IMG/VR virus record: IMGVR_UViG_3300020042_002525
Span: 1-37,686 of that record
Reading direction: 5' to 3' (one strand)
DNA length: 37,686 nucleotides
From: a virus
Lineage: Duplodnaviria > Caudoviricetes
In this document: positions 27,101 to 36,619 of the stretch, one piece after another
How the letters are laid out: each line of letters starts with the position of its first letter
How positions within the stretch are numbered: position 1 is the first letter of the stretch
Position numbers and translations under genes: made by a program
Notes under the pieces: model-generated
Database searches by the model: none
What the model was told of the DNA's origin: nothing
The model's input: the letters and a program-made list of their open reading frames with translations, nothing else

Positions 27101-27196
27101 AAATTTAATGAGGGTATCGCCTTTGCACCAACTGAAACAATAGTAAGCGGTGGCGATGGCTGGTATGACGAACCAATAGGAGGAGGTAACGCATAA
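24155..27196 (+). CDS. Large tail tip/baseplate hub protein
   Basis: 1013 aa; LDLY..IP...SFSKT..IPGT..NN.IF, KMFN, IEPR; extra beta-rich N-terminal insert. Confidence 0.65.
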   Translation: MATRLELKNAVSNIVEYAPQINIFDNDYVGTSLFGTEQFGGGYRLSFQNDDLNTTAITYPATPTNLTNGVQYLVKVDVKLNNSRGFAVPVVITNPNTLTITLGNTITAANSLVLTNVNGTFEQVVTCSANNLVLTGYNPEVGNFKVNSLSITEVEPEDLSELDLYDDIPFPLTFKVDDITNPETRTNSFSKTLVIPGTKRNNKIFNHIFDIEADSTFDPNRKLDIRLTKDTYTQFDGVLKLNKILLNDSKQVDYEVTLFGQVSNMFMELGDSMLEDLNFSEYNHVLNRTNQFNSWGSSFVGAQGVVINGVVTDNFTETYRGNPSPNGQGYVYCLICNGKGNYTYNILADRAGVDGSLAQYRVADIGLGFYAYDYLTRIAASAGYTITSDFFESALFKKLVIPPAEKQFLLSVAQVESRLFNVLSNDKGIQLRFGLANAGIPQVDTIRYNNIVSDTSGGYFAGGDGVWYCQKSGCYNFASTIGLRWEYDNLKLPVGTFRIGAQTIEFTGGTPSVLKPVYTNFYLGESFIEVIRIRNGVLTTLGQVDIEIEQDQTAITAATGNSPTYEFSIRAENIDCLVDDQIYCAVRAKHKLQTDGSPNYNPDRLNIDVEGNLYPAAGMFIYRQVNGTDTENFPTWIGNGTNSNKFPLTSNLSVDFETGGIATLVMRSGYTFANEVVNNGVTEGELLDVNVYVPKNVRQADFFKWILKMFNCFVLTDATNPTNLLIEPREDFITSNYLSWDTKLDTSKEIEVLPLGDLDAKKYIFKYQEDADYLNTITLKNTKLVYGTKEIEFDSDWLSGTKDLGVGFSPTINARQFSNKIALPTIMSETNEPIDANIRIMFYNYADGYEPQWLHIWQTGGVTNYTPTYMPALSMFDDLYNPNESLEFGISLTGMYDVSPTYPNVRLTYSNNTLFNKYYSKYTSELTDKDSRLITAYFDLTPIDIYQLDFSKLYFFGGHWCRLYAVEDYDPFVSETTKVTFLKFNEGIAFAPTETIVSGGDGWYDEPIGGGNA

Positions 27197-27663
27197 TGAG
27201 ATTAGACAAACTATTATTAATAAGTAGAGAAACATCTAAACGTTTAGGAGGCTATCATGGTTCTGCTAAAGTAGATGGTAATAGTAACTACGTTGCACCA
27301 AGTGCGGAACGTGTAACCATTGTAGGCGATAACAATACGGTCTATAATAATGCTCGTAACATTACTTTGATTAACTGCTTTGGTGTAGTTATAAGCGCAG
27401 GAGTTTCGAATGTAATGGTAGTAGATACCAACGACATAGTAATACTTGAAAGCGATGTAACGTATATTAATGATGTGCGCATTAAAGATGGTATCATTAT
27501 ACAAGCCGATACAAGTTTAATTGTAGATGGTGGAAGCAATCGTTTGCAAAGTCCGTTCGGTTGTAACACTATAGAAGTAGTAGATGGTGGTTTGGATTGC
27601 GTAAGACAATATAATTCACAAAGTAATATAAGCGTATTAAATGGCAGCAGTAGAACAGTATAG
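27196..27663 (+). CDS. Tail-associated beta-helix-like protein
   Basis: V/I/N-rich periodic sequence with VDGG repeats. Confidence 0.5.
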   Translation: MRLDKLLLISRETSKRLGGYHGSAKVDGNSNYVAPSAERVTIVGDNNTVYNNARNITLINCFGVVISAGVSNVMVVDTNDIVILESDVTYINDVRIKDGIIIQADTSLIVDGGSNRLQSPFGCNTIEVVDGGLDCVRQYNSQSNISVLNGSSRTV

Positions 27664-28510
27664 TAAGATAAAAATAAAGCGTAGCACTACAGCAGGCGAA
27701 CTGCCTACTATGGGAGTAACGAATGACCATACCGATGGTACATGGTCATCAACCGATATCTATGTAGGCGAATACTTTTACAACGTAATAGATAACAGAC
27801 TATGGATAGGAGGCGTTACAGAACCTATTGAACTAATCTTAGGTCAGTTGTTTGAGTTAACGTATGCAGAAGCTGAGTTACAAAAGACAATAGTAGGGAG
27901 TCCAAGTGGCGATGGTTTAATAATCGGTGCGCTTTATAAGATAACAGATAGAGGCGATGCTGGTTTGATATTACAAGCAATCGACTTCGATAAGTTTAGT
28001 TTCTATTGCGATGAGTTAATCGCTTCGCCAGTAGGTCAACAAGCAGCTATTTATGACTTTGATAATGATTTGTTGAGTTATCCTTCTGACCTTGTAAACA
28101 TAACAGAGTTAGGAGATTTAACAGGAGTAAGAGAAACATCGCCTACATCTACATTTGATGTTAAAGCTGTTTTAGGTGTTGATATATTTGGCTTCTATAG
28201 AAATGGAGGCGAGGCTTTGTTAATAGGTAGAGGTGATGCTTCTTATAGGTTAGACTTCTATGGTTCTACAGGAATAGAACATACAATGCGGTCAGGTAAG
28301 TTTGGTTTTGGTGTAGCTAATAACACACCTAATGCTATTGTAGAAATAGCAAGTACTACAAGCGGTTTAGTTATACCACGTATGACAGCTACGCAAGGTA
28401 GTGCAGTAACAGGAATTAACGGAATGATGATTTATGTAACTTCAACAAACGGAACTTTTACAAGTGTAGGTTTTTGGGGTTACGAAAACGGAGCATGGGT
28501 AAAATTATAA
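27641..28510 (+). CDS. Tail fibre/receptor-binding-like protein
   Basis: IKIKRS....P...GE..YN..D..LWIG N-terminal fibre motif; C-terminal GLVIPRMT...GMMIY. Confidence 0.6.
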   Translation: MAAVEQYSKIKIKRSTTAGELPTMGVTNDHTDGTWSSTDIYVGEYFYNVIDNRLWIGGVTEPIELILGQLFELTYAEAELQKTIVGSPSGDGLIIGALYKITDRGDAGLILQAIDFDKFSFYCDELIASPVGQQAAIYDFDNDLLSYPSDLVNITELGDLTGVRETSPTSTFDVKAVLGVDIFGFYRNGGEALLIGRGDASYRLDFYGSTGIEHTMRSGKFGFGVANNTPNAIVEIASTTSGLVIPRMTATQGSAVTGINGMMIYVTSTNGTFTSVGFWGYENGAWVKL

Positions 28511-28511
28511 T

Positions 28512-30422
28512 ATGCCACTACTAAACATAACCAATAGCTTTAATGCTTACGATGTAGTTACCATTGAGAATGGTATAGCTACTCTATTAGATATTAGTGT
28601 TACTCCTACAGGAGTTATAGGTGTTGTAATAAACGCTAACTATATTGCAGTTGACGAAGAGTTACTATTTGATACAACAGCGTGGACGAATGGCGATATG
28701 CTTTATTGTTCTGCAAGTAGTACACTTACAAACGTGCAACCTACAGCAACCTTTAACACTTCAATAGGTTATGTTGTTAAGAGTAACGTGTTAGGTAAGG
28801 TAGTAATAGTTGATGTATTAAGCGGTGCTTATAGTTCAACTGTTATCTCTAAGATACAAGGTATAAAAGATAATGGGGAGTTTACTTTTATACCATCAAC
28901 TAACGAGGGGCATTTAGAAGTAGCGATTCACGAACCATTACTACCTTTTGGTAGCGTTCATGTGGAAAACTTAACGCCTGTATTTCAAACAGATGCTGTG
29001 TACGGTGTTAATTCAGGGCAAATTCAAACACCTGTTACAAGTGGTTCGGGTGTTGCTACTGCTAATAACAATATGTTCGACGTATCAACAGGTACTACAA
29101 TATATTCACAAGGCGTATTATTAGGTAGGAAACGATTAAGATATAGACCGGGACAAGGTGTAATAGGTAGGTTTACTGCTTTATATACAGCACCAGTTGC
29201 TTATAGTTATGCTATAGCAGGGTTTGGTACAGCTTCAGATGGAGTTTATTTTGGGTATGGGGACACAAACGATTTAACTAATACTTCATTTGGTATATTG
29301 TATGTACGTGGCGGTGTAAGAGAAGTTAAAACTTTAACAGTTACTACAGGGGCAACGGTTGCAAGTAACGTAACTATAACTTTAAACGGAACAGCATTTA
29401 CCGTTCCTGTTACAGCTTCAAGTAATATACAAAGGACTGTTTATGAGATAAGCACTTACACAAGTTATACAGGGTGGGATGCTTATGCAAGTGGAGCAAC
29501 CGTTGTTTTTGTGCGTAAGTCAGCAGGAGTTACAGCAGGTACACAAACATTTGGAGCAGGTACTACAGGAGCAGCTGCAACAATATCACAAACAAAAGCT
29601 GGGGTAGCAAGTGTAGATACATTTATAAGTCAAGCAGATTGGAACTCAGACAAACTTGATGGTAGCGGAGGTAGCGGTGTTACTTGCGATTGGACTAAGG
29701 GTAATGTGTTTCAAATAGGAATACAATACTTAGGTTTTGGTGCTATTGTTTTTAAAGTAGAAACTTGTTTAGAGGGTAATAACCCTATATGGGTTACTGC
29801 TCACGTATTAAATATACCAAATACTTTAACATCTCCATCATTTACTAATCCAAGTTTTCCGTATACAATGGCTGCTTACTCAGCAGGAAGCACAACAAAC
29901 GTAGGAGTAAAAACAGCTTCATTTGCTGGATTTATAGAAGGAGCAAAAATGTTACAAGGCAATAGATTTAGTTACTTTAATCAGTTAACAACAGTAGGCG
30001 CAACAAATTTTCAAGCGTTGTTTACTATAATGAATACAAGGTATTACGGAGGTAAAGCTAACCAAGCAGTAATAAATTTACTGAGTGTAAGTGGCGCAAT
30101 TAAACATACATCTCCTGTTATTTACTATTTAATTAAAGGCGGTACTTTATTAGGTAACCCAAACTTTACAACGCTATCAACTAACAGCGCAAGTGTTTAC
30201 GATACAACAGCAACAACGGTAACTTACACAACAGGTGACCAAGTATTATGGACTGGACACTTAGGAGATACAGGAGAAATAGACCACCATTTCGGAAACG
30301 GAAGTTATAACGCAGAGGAATTAACTTTACAACCAGGCGAATGGATAACACTTGCAGCTAAATCAACTACAGGAACTCCTGCATACGTTACAGGTTCAAT
30401 TAATACAAGGGAAGACCAATAA
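28512..30422 (+). CDS. Tail-associated protein, Thr/Gly-rich, lectin-like beta domains
   Basis: 636 aa; RYRPGQG, DGVYFG, YLGFGAI; located in the tail operon. Confidence 0.55.
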   Translation: MPLLNITNSFNAYDVVTIENGIATLLDISVTPTGVIGVVINANYIAVDEELLFDTTAWTNGDMLYCSASSTLTNVQPTATFNTSIGYVVKSNVLGKVVIVDVLSGAYSSTVISKIQGIKDNGEFTFIPSTNEGHLEVAIHEPLLPFGSVHVENLTPVFQTDAVYGVNSGQIQTPVTSGSGVATANNNMFDVSTGTTIYSQGVLLGRKRLRYRPGQGVIGRFTALYTAPVAYSYAIAGFGTASDGVYFGYGDTNDLTNTSFGILYVRGGVREVKTLTVTTGATVASNVTITLNGTAFTVPVTASSNIQRTVYEISTYTSYTGWDAYASGATVVFVRKSAGVTAGTQTFGAGTTGAAATISQTKAGVASVDTFISQADWNSDKLDGSGGSGVTCDWTKGNVFQIGIQYLGFGAIVFKVETCLEGNNPIWVTAHVLNIPNTLTSPSFTNPSFPYTMAAYSAGSTTNVGVKTASFAGFIEGAKMLQGNRFSYFNQLTTVGATNFQALFTIMNTRYYGGKANQAVINLLSVSGAIKHTSPVIYYLIKGGTLLGNPNFTTLSTNSASVYDTTATTVTYTTGDQVLWTGHLGDTGEIDHHFGNGSYNAEELTLQPGEWITLAAKSTTGTPAYVTGSINTREDQ

Positions 30423-32530
30423 TGGCAACTACATTAGACATACAGATAAAAGCTGCTATTGATACAGCGAGTGCAGCTAAGAACGTAAAGGACTTACGCA
30501 AAGCTATTAAAGACCTTAACAGCGTTGGCCTTTCTTTAGGTAAAGACCAGCGTAAGGAGTTTGAAAAGATTGCTGAAGCTGTAGGAGAGGCGAGAGATAG
30601 AGTAGAGGACTTACGAGATGATATGAATGCCTTTCAAGGTTCAACAGTTGAAAGGTTAAACGCTTCTGTAAACGTATTAGGCGAAGGCTTTCAAAACTTA
30701 GATATAGATAAGATAGGTGCGCAGTTTAAGAACTTAGGTAGTGTAATAGCTGCCAATCCTTTATTAGTTTTATCTCAACTTATAATTAAGTTAGTAGAGA
30801 ACTTTGACGAACTTGCAGCAAGTGGCGGTGTTATTGGCGATGTGTTTAAAGGTATAGGTGCTATTATAGGTACTATAACTAATGGGTTTAATACTTTGCT
30901 TAGTGCTTTAGGGTTAACCAGTTCTGCTATGAATGTTATAGCGGAAGAGAATAAAAAAATATTCCAAGAGAGTATTGACTTTGTAAATAAATTAGCAGAC
31001 GAAACTGCTAAGGCTTCAGTTGAGATACTTAAACTACAAGGTAAAGTTAGTGACGAAGCTGCTGCGCAAGTAGGTTTATACGAAAAGTTTCAAGAGGACT
31101 TACAAGGTATTACCGATAAGTATACTAAGATACGTGACGAACAAGTTAAGGCGAGTGGCGTATTAGAAGCTACTAACATCGATGATAAAATTGAGAAACA
31201 AAAAAGACTTAATATTATACTTACCCAGTTAGGTAAGTCAAGTGCAAAAGAGAAAGCAGCATTAGAACGTAGATTAGACGAAGAGATAGAAGCTGAAAGG
31301 TTAAAGGGTGTTAAGGCTACTGAGAAAAAAATAGCTAAAGCAAAAAAAGAGGAAATCAAATCTTACTACAAAGAGATACAAGATATTGAGAACGGATTCC
31401 TTATTAATGAAACTGAGCGCAACTCACAACTTGCAAAACTACAAGCTGAAAGATTAATAGCTGAGGTTAACGCAAGTAATGCAAAGCAAAGCGAAAAGAC
31501 TCGTTACATTTTAGATATTCAAACTAAGTTACAAATTGACTTAATTGCTTTAGAGAATAAAAGACAGGCAGAGGAAAAGAAACTTTCTGAGGAACGTATT
31601 GCATTAGCACAAAAAGAAGCAGACGAAATATTAAAAATAGAACAAGACCAATTAATAACAGAACAAAGAATAGTTGAGGAAGCAACTGCTAAAGCTGTAG
31701 CATTCCAACAATTAAAAGATGCTAACACAAAAGCAAACGAAGAGAAAATAAAACAACAATCAGTTGAACTTGCTTTTAAATCGGCACAAGCTATTCAACA
31801 AATAGAGAACGAAAGGACTGCAAGAGAAACAGAAGCTAATAAAAAGCAATTAGACTTTATTGAAGTTAGAGCAGATAGAGAGTTAGCTTCATTAAACAAA
31901 CGTAAAGATGCTGAGTTAATAACTCAAAGTCAGTTAGATGTTGCAGAGGCGCAACTTGCTCAAAAGAAACAAGCGCAAAAAGAAGCTATTGATAAGAAGC
32001 AAAGAGCGTTAGAGGTTAAAGCATTCAAACGTAATAAGGCTTTCCAATTAGCATTTATCGCTGGCGAACTTGCTAAACAGATAGTAGCGATACAAGCAAA
32101 CGCTGCTGCTAACCCTACCAACGCTTTAACATTTGGAGCAGCAGGTTTAACACAAGCAGCAGTACTAACAGCTTTGGCTATTGCTTCGAGTGCTATACAA
32201 GCAGGTACTATACTTGCACAAAAACCACCAGCCTTTGCTCGTGGTGGTATAGTTACAGGTGCAGGTAGTGGCACAAGTGATAGTATAACAGCAAGGCTTA
32301 GTAATGGCGAGTCTGTTATTAACGCCAATAGTACACAAGCGTTTGCACCTTTACTATCTGCTATTAACCAAATCGGGGGCGGTCAATCTTTCCTACCTGA
32401 GAGTACAAGCGGTACTGCTGGTAGTGTTACTGGTAACTCACAACCTATTATTAAGACGTATGTTGTAGAGAGCGATATAACTAACAGCCAAAAGAACGCA
32501 AGTAGAACTAAACGCTTATCTTCAATATGA
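30422..32530 (+). CDS. Tape measure protein
   Basis: 702 aa A/K/E/Q-rich helical protein ending FARGGIV.G.GSGTSDSI.ARLSNGESVINA. Confidence 0.8.
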   Translation: MATTLDIQIKAAIDTASAAKNVKDLRKAIKDLNSVGLSLGKDQRKEFEKIAEAVGEARDRVEDLRDDMNAFQGSTVERLNASVNVLGEGFQNLDIDKIGAQFKNLGSVIAANPLLVLSQLIIKLVENFDELAASGGVIGDVFKGIGAIIGTITNGFNTLLSALGLTSSAMNVIAEENKKIFQESIDFVNKLADETAKASVEILKLQGKVSDEAAAQVGLYEKFQEDLQGITDKYTKIRDEQVKASGVLEATNIDDKIEKQKRLNIILTQLGKSSAKEKAALERRLDEEIEAERLKGVKATEKKIAKAKKEEIKSYYKEIQDIENGFLINETERNSQLAKLQAERLIAEVNASNAKQSEKTRYILDIQTKLQIDLIALENKRQAEEKKLSEERIALAQKEADEILKIEQDQLITEQRIVEEATAKAVAFQQLKDANTKANEEKIKQQSVELAFKSAQAIQQIENERTARETEANKKQLDFIEVRADRELASLNKRKDAELITQSQLDVAEAQLAQKKQAQKEAIDKKQRALEVKAFKRNKAFQLAFIAGELAKQIVAIQANAAANPTNALTFGAAGLTQAAVLTALAIASSAIQAGTILAQKPPAFARGGIVTGAGSGTSDSITARLSNGESVINANSTQAFAPLLSAINQIGGGQSFLPESTSGTAGSVTGNSQPIIKTYVVESDITNSQKNASRTKRLSSI

Positions 32531-33234
32531 TAGTTACCATTCCTGAGAGTTGGGAGGATATAACAGTCGCGCAATATACTGAGTTAAGTTCTGTAGGTAT
32601 TGACTACAATACTATTAAGTCTTTAGTATTAGCTTTAACAGATGAGCGTATGGCTATTATCGGTTTGGCTTCTATTGATGTAGATGAGTTCGATAAGATT
32701 ATAAAGGTCTTATCTATTATATTAGATATAGCAGAAGACGAACTATTACAAGTAGACCAAGCGGACTTGCTAACTATATTAAAGTCATTGCAAGGCTTAA
32801 CAGAACTACCATACATAGCAAGTGGTTACGACTTCAAAACTATAACAGTAGGGCGTTGGATAAATATAGAAGAGGCAATCAAAGGCGATGCGAGTAATAA
32901 CATAGGCTTACTATTACATAAGCTGTTAGATATAGACTTAAACGATATTCTAAGCGCACCAATAACCAAGTACTATAACTATGTAATTGACTTTGGTACG
33001 TTTAGAAAGAACACCTATACTACTTACGAGAGTATGTTTATAGCTGACGAAGACGACAATACAGCAGACTTAACAGCAGAGGAACTAAAGAATATAGAAC
33101 GTGCTAAGCAATGGAATTGGTATGGCTTCCTTTACTCGTTAGCTGGTGGCGACTTCTTAAAGATGCACGAAGTAAGCGATAAGAACTTTATCGGTGCGCT
33201 TAATTATCTGAGTTATAAGAAGCAGTTGAGATAA
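32527..33234 (+). CDS. Putative tail assembly chaperone
   Basis: IPESWEDIT..QY N-terminus and WNWYGFLYSLA C-terminus; adjacent to the tape measure gene. Confidence 0.45.
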   Translation: MIVTIPESWEDITVAQYTELSSVGIDYNTIKSLVLALTDERMAIIGLASIDVDEFDKIIKVLSIILDIAEDELLQVDQADLLTILKSLQGLTELPYIASGYDFKTITVGRWINIEEAIKGDASNNIGLLLHKLLDIDLNDILSAPITKYYNYVIDFGTFRKNTYTTYESMFIADEDDNTADLTAEELKNIERAKQWNWYGFLYSLAGGDFLKMHEVSDKNFIGALNYLSYKKQLR

Positions 33235-33544
33235 ACTCCTGCATAAATTCCATAGGCGGTAACTCGCCTGTAAACGTTTCGTAAACTATTTTATTATCTA
33301 TTTTAAAAGCTAAGTACTTACAAGCTACTTGCTTTAGTAACTCTTTATACTTATTCATATCATTAGGCATAGGCATAAAACCACCCTGCAAAGATAAAGT
33401 AATTACTTTGTTACCTTTGGTTAACTCAAAGTCAGGAGTAGTTCTCGAACACCCGAACCAATTATTAATAGGGTTAAAGTAATTAGGGAATGCAGTAAAG
33501 CCATTCGATAAAGCTAACTGAGTAAAGTTGTTTTCTTTTTCCAT
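33200..33544 (-). CDS. Moron-like hypothetical protein (114 aa; start reassigned to ATG 33544)
   Basis: Only minus-strand gene in the structural region; has its own consensus promoter 4 nt upstream. Confidence 0.7.
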   Translation of the reverse strand: MEKENNFTQLALSNGFTAFPNYFNPINNWFGCSRTTPDFELTKGNKVITLSLQGGFMPMPNDMNKYKELLKQVACKYLAFKIDNKIVYETFTGELPPMEFMQEFISTASYNSDN

Positions 33545-33548
33545 AAAG

Positions 33549-33581
33549 CAAATGTATAAAATATATTTTAACATTTGCAAA
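33549..33581 (-). promoter_or_regulatory. Consensus Bacteroidota sigma70 promoter, leaderless
   Basis: TTTG (33581-33578)-N21-TACATTTG (33556-33549)-N4-ATG. Confidence 0.75.
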
Positions 33582-33603
33582 CTTTCTTTAACAAATACAC
33601 TAT
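33574..33603 (+). promoter_or_regulatory. Putative late promoter of the head-portal-lysis operon
   Basis: TTTGCAA-N15-TACACTAT-N4-ATG (33608). Confidence 0.7.
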
Positions 33604-33607
33604 GTGT

Positions 33608-34687
33608 ATGGGAAAGAAAGAACTACCAGTTTATACATTTGTTTTAGGAGAAGACGAAAGTTTCTCTTATGATAAAATATCTTTGGTAGATAAACCAGCC
33701 ATTCAATCCGATTGGTTCGCATTCTCAGAGCAATCAAAGCCTTACTTATTCGTTGTTAACGAAGATAAACAAATCTTAGCAGGCGCATTCATGATTCCTG
33801 ACATGCCTATCTATCGCTTTGACGAACAAACAAAAGAGGAATACTTTGTTATGTTCACTAAAGAAATTATAGAGAAACTACATTACAACTTTAATAAGAA
33901 CAATCGTAACGCTGCTATTAACATAATGCACACAGACGAAATGGCTGAGGCATACGTTACTGAGAACTGGTTAATAGAAGATAAAGAAAACGATAAGTCT
34001 AAGATATACGGATTTGATTTACCTGTAGGTACTTCTTTTGGTTTGGTTAAAATTGAATCAAAAAAGTTTTGGGAGGATAATATCAAGTCTGGCAAGCTAA
34101 GAGGTTTCAGTATTGAGGCTTTCTTACAAAGAGAAAACACACCAATAAATAAAATAGAAATGAATAAACAGACACAACTGTTTGTCGAAACTACTTTAGC
34201 AGATGGGCGCAAACTTAAAGTATCTGAAGAGGGTGCTGTAGTTGGTTCAGATGTTATGGAAGTAGCAGAAGACGGAACAGAAACGCCTCTAACAGATGGC
34301 GAATATGAGTTAGAAGATGGCTCTATTATTATCGTTGCTGAGGGCAAGATAACAGAGATTAAAGATGCAATGCCTATGGCAGAACCTGAAGGCGCACCTG
34401 CAACTCCTGTTATTGATGTTGAGGCAATGGTTAATGAGAAAGTAGCAACTTTAAAAGCAGAGTTTGAAGCTGCGTTAACTGAGATACTTGCTAAGCTAAC
34501 TGAGTTAGAAAGTGGCAAAGTTGAAACAGACAAAGGTACTGAGGAAATGAAAGCAGAGTTTGCTAAGCTATCTGAGATACCAGCAGTTAAAAGTTTATTT
34601 ACTAAAGTAGATAAGCCAGTTAACAAACGACCTGACCAATACAACGAATTAGAAAGACTATCAAGAATTTTACCAACTAACAAATAA
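33608..34687 (+). CDS. Prohead protease (XkdF/S78-like) fused to a scaffold domain
   Basis: ISLVDKPAI, MIPD.PIYR, NIMH, GKLRGFSIE; acidic coiled-coil C-terminal half; directly upstream of the capsid gene. Confidence 0.82.
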   Translation: MGKKELPVYTFVLGEDESFSYDKISLVDKPAIQSDWFAFSEQSKPYLFVVNEDKQILAGAFMIPDMPIYRFDEQTKEEYFVMFTKEIIEKLHYNFNKNNRNAAINIMHTDEMAEAYVTENWLIEDKENDKSKIYGFDLPVGTSFGLVKIESKKFWEDNIKSGKLRGFSIEAFLQRENTPINKIEMNKQTQLFVETTLADGRKLKVSEEGAVVGSDVMEVAEDGTETPLTDGEYELEDGSIIIVAEGKITEIKDAMPMAEPEGAPATPVIDVEAMVNEKVATLKAEFEAALTEILAKLTELESGKVETDKGTEEMKAEFAKLSEIPAVKSLFTKVDKPVNKRPDQYNELERLSRILPTNK

Positions 34688-34699
34688 ATTTAAAAAACA

Positions 34700-35626
34700 A
34701 TGGCAACTACAGTAAACATTACAGATGCAGCATACGAAGGCGAAGTAGCTGGTAAGATGTATGCAGAAACTATCTTAACAGGCGAGTCTGTAAGTAAGTT
34801 TAAAAAATACATGAACATCAAAAGTTCTGATAAAATCGGAATTATTAACACAAACGCTAACCCATTACAAGCATCTGATTGCGTATGGAATCCAAACGGT
34901 TCTATCGTAGTAGGAGAGAAAGCAGTATCTGTATGTGATTTCAAAATCAATATGGAACCTTGTATTAAAGATTTCTACGCTTCATGGTTAGAGACTAACA
35001 TGGCTCGTGGTAATGCAGGAGACGAAACTATTCCAATGGAATCGTATATCGTTAACCAAATCTTACAACGTACTAAGTTACAATTAGAGTACATTACTTG
35101 GAGAGGCGATACTAACTCAACTAACTACGACTTGTGCGATGGTTTATTGAAAAAGTTAGAGGCTGACGCTACAGTAGTAGACCAAGCTATCAACGCTGTA
35201 ACTGCTTCAACAGTTATCGCTGAGTTAACTAAAGTTTACAACGCTATTCCTGAGCAAGTTCAATTACAATTAAATGGTGCAAACCAATTAGCTGTTAAGT
35301 TCTTTGTACCAGCAAACGTTATTACTGCTTACAAATTAGCACAAGCAACTGTAGCTACTGGTAACGGTTCTTACTTTGTAGGAGATAGACCTTTAGATTT
35401 CTTAGGTTACGAATTAGTATATGCTCCAGGTTTACCTGCGAATCATATCGTAGCTGCTAACCCTGAGAACTTATGGTTATTAACTGACTTAGAGTCTGAC
35501 TTTACAGATATCAGAGCGATTTCTCAATTAGCTATTGCAGGTATTCCAACTGTAAGAGTAGTTGCAGGAATGAAGTTTGGTGTTGATTTCGGAGTAGGTG
35601 CTGAGATAGTATTAGCACAAGTTTAA
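34700..35626 (+). CDS. Major capsid protein
   Basis: 308 aa; position after protease/scaffold; strongly biased codons; followed by a terminator. Confidence 0.82.
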   Translation: MATTVNITDAAYEGEVAGKMYAETILTGESVSKFKKYMNIKSSDKIGIINTNANPLQASDCVWNPNGSIVVGEKAVSVCDFKINMEPCIKDFYASWLETNMARGNAGDETIPMESYIVNQILQRTKLQLEYITWRGDTNSTNYDLCDGLLKKLEADATVVDQAINAVTASTVIAELTKVYNAIPEQVQLQLNGANQLAVKFFVPANVITAYKLAQATVATGNGSYFVGDRPLDFLGYELVYAPGLPANHIVAANPENLWLLTDLESDFTDIRAISQLAIAGIPTVRVVAGMKFGVDFGVGAEIVLAQV

Positions 35627-35649
35627 TAAATTAAAATAATCTAAAGAAA

Positions 35650-35681
35650 GGCTACTGCTTTATAGTAGTAGCCTTTTTTTT
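35650..35681 (+). terminator. Intrinsic terminator after the capsid gene
   Basis: GGCTACTGCT/AGTAGTAGCC stem followed by T8. Confidence 0.9.
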
Positions 35682-35699
35682 AAACTAAAAATTATAAAA

Positions 35700-36218
35700 A
35701 TGGCAGCATGTGATTTATTAACAGGTGGTATTGCAAGAGGTTGCGATAACAACACTGGAGGGATTAGTAAACTTTACCTTGCAAACTTTGACGATGTAGT
35801 ATCGGAAACAATCTCAGCAGGGGAAGTAACAGCAATAACAATGGCTACAGGCGATGTGTTTTTTGAATTTGCATTCAATAAAAATACATCTTCTTTAACT
35901 CAAGATATTACTGTAGATAATGTAAACGGAACTACCGTTCACACTCAAACAATTAACTTAGTTATTCCACGTAGAGATAACGCTAAACGTAATCAAATAG
36001 CTTTGCTTACACGTTCATTAACTAAAGCAATAGTTTTAGACCAAAACGGAATCTATTGGTATTGCGGATATGCTAACGGAATGGATATTACTACGATAGC
36101 TGACACTACAGGAGTAGCTAAAGCTGACTTAAATGGTTACACAATTACTTTAGTAGGCGAAGAGCCTGCAATGGCTTACACTATGACAAGTGGTATTATC
36201 GCTGCAATAGTAGAGTAA
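35700..36218 (+). CDS. Major tail tube protein (putative)
   Basis: C..NTGGI..LY, NGT.V.TQ and TG.A.ADLNGYTITL.G.E pattern. Confidence 0.65.
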   Translation: MAACDLLTGGIARGCDNNTGGISKLYLANFDDVVSETISAGEVTAITMATGDVFFEFAFNKNTSSLTQDITVDNVNGTTVHTQTINLVIPRRDNAKRNQIALLTRSLTKAIVLDQNGIYWYCGYANGMDITTIADTTGVAKADLNGYTITLVGEEPAMAYTMTSGIIAAIVE

Positions 36219-36619
36219 TGATTACAATAAACAAAGGACAAACAAACGAAGTGTCGGTTACGTTAAATGAAAAAATAACGATAACTAACCCTTCGTTTGT
36301 CTTTGTATTTACAAACGATACTACAGGAACTACAAAAACGTTTACAGCTACCGATACCAGCTTAACACCTGTTAGATTTAATCGCTTTAGCATAATAGAG
36401 AATGTAACAGAAGATGTATACAACGGTACAATAAGCCTAACTAATCAAGGTTTTTGGAGTTATAGCATTTATGAAACACCTTACGCAAGTCCGATAGATT
36501 TAACAGACTTAGGAGCAGAGTTAGAAAGTGGCAAAGTAAAAGTAATAGGTAACGATGTAGTAGATAACATTGAGTTCGATAGTGATTATACTTCGGACAA
36601 TGTAATATTTGAGCCATGA
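36218..36619 (+). CDS. Hypothetical virion protein (head closure-like)
   Basis: 133 aa, beta-rich; coupled to the portal gene by ATGA. Confidence 0.55.
   Translation: MITINKGQTNEVSVTLNEKITITNPSFVFVFTNDTTGTTKTFTATDTSLTPVRFNRFSIIENVTEDVYNGTISLTNQGFWSYSIYETPYASPIDLTDLGAELESGKVKVIGNDVVDNIEFDSDYTSDNVIFEP

Noticed and set aside
20418-30422. Diversity-generating retroelement acting on the tail fibres
   Set aside because: No reverse transcriptase and no template/variable repeat pair seen; the terminal-repeat mismatches are not adenine-specific
33883-34683. 266-aa minus-strand ORF
   Set aside because: Antisense shadow of the acidic protease/scaffold gene; Ser/Leu-rich with no motif
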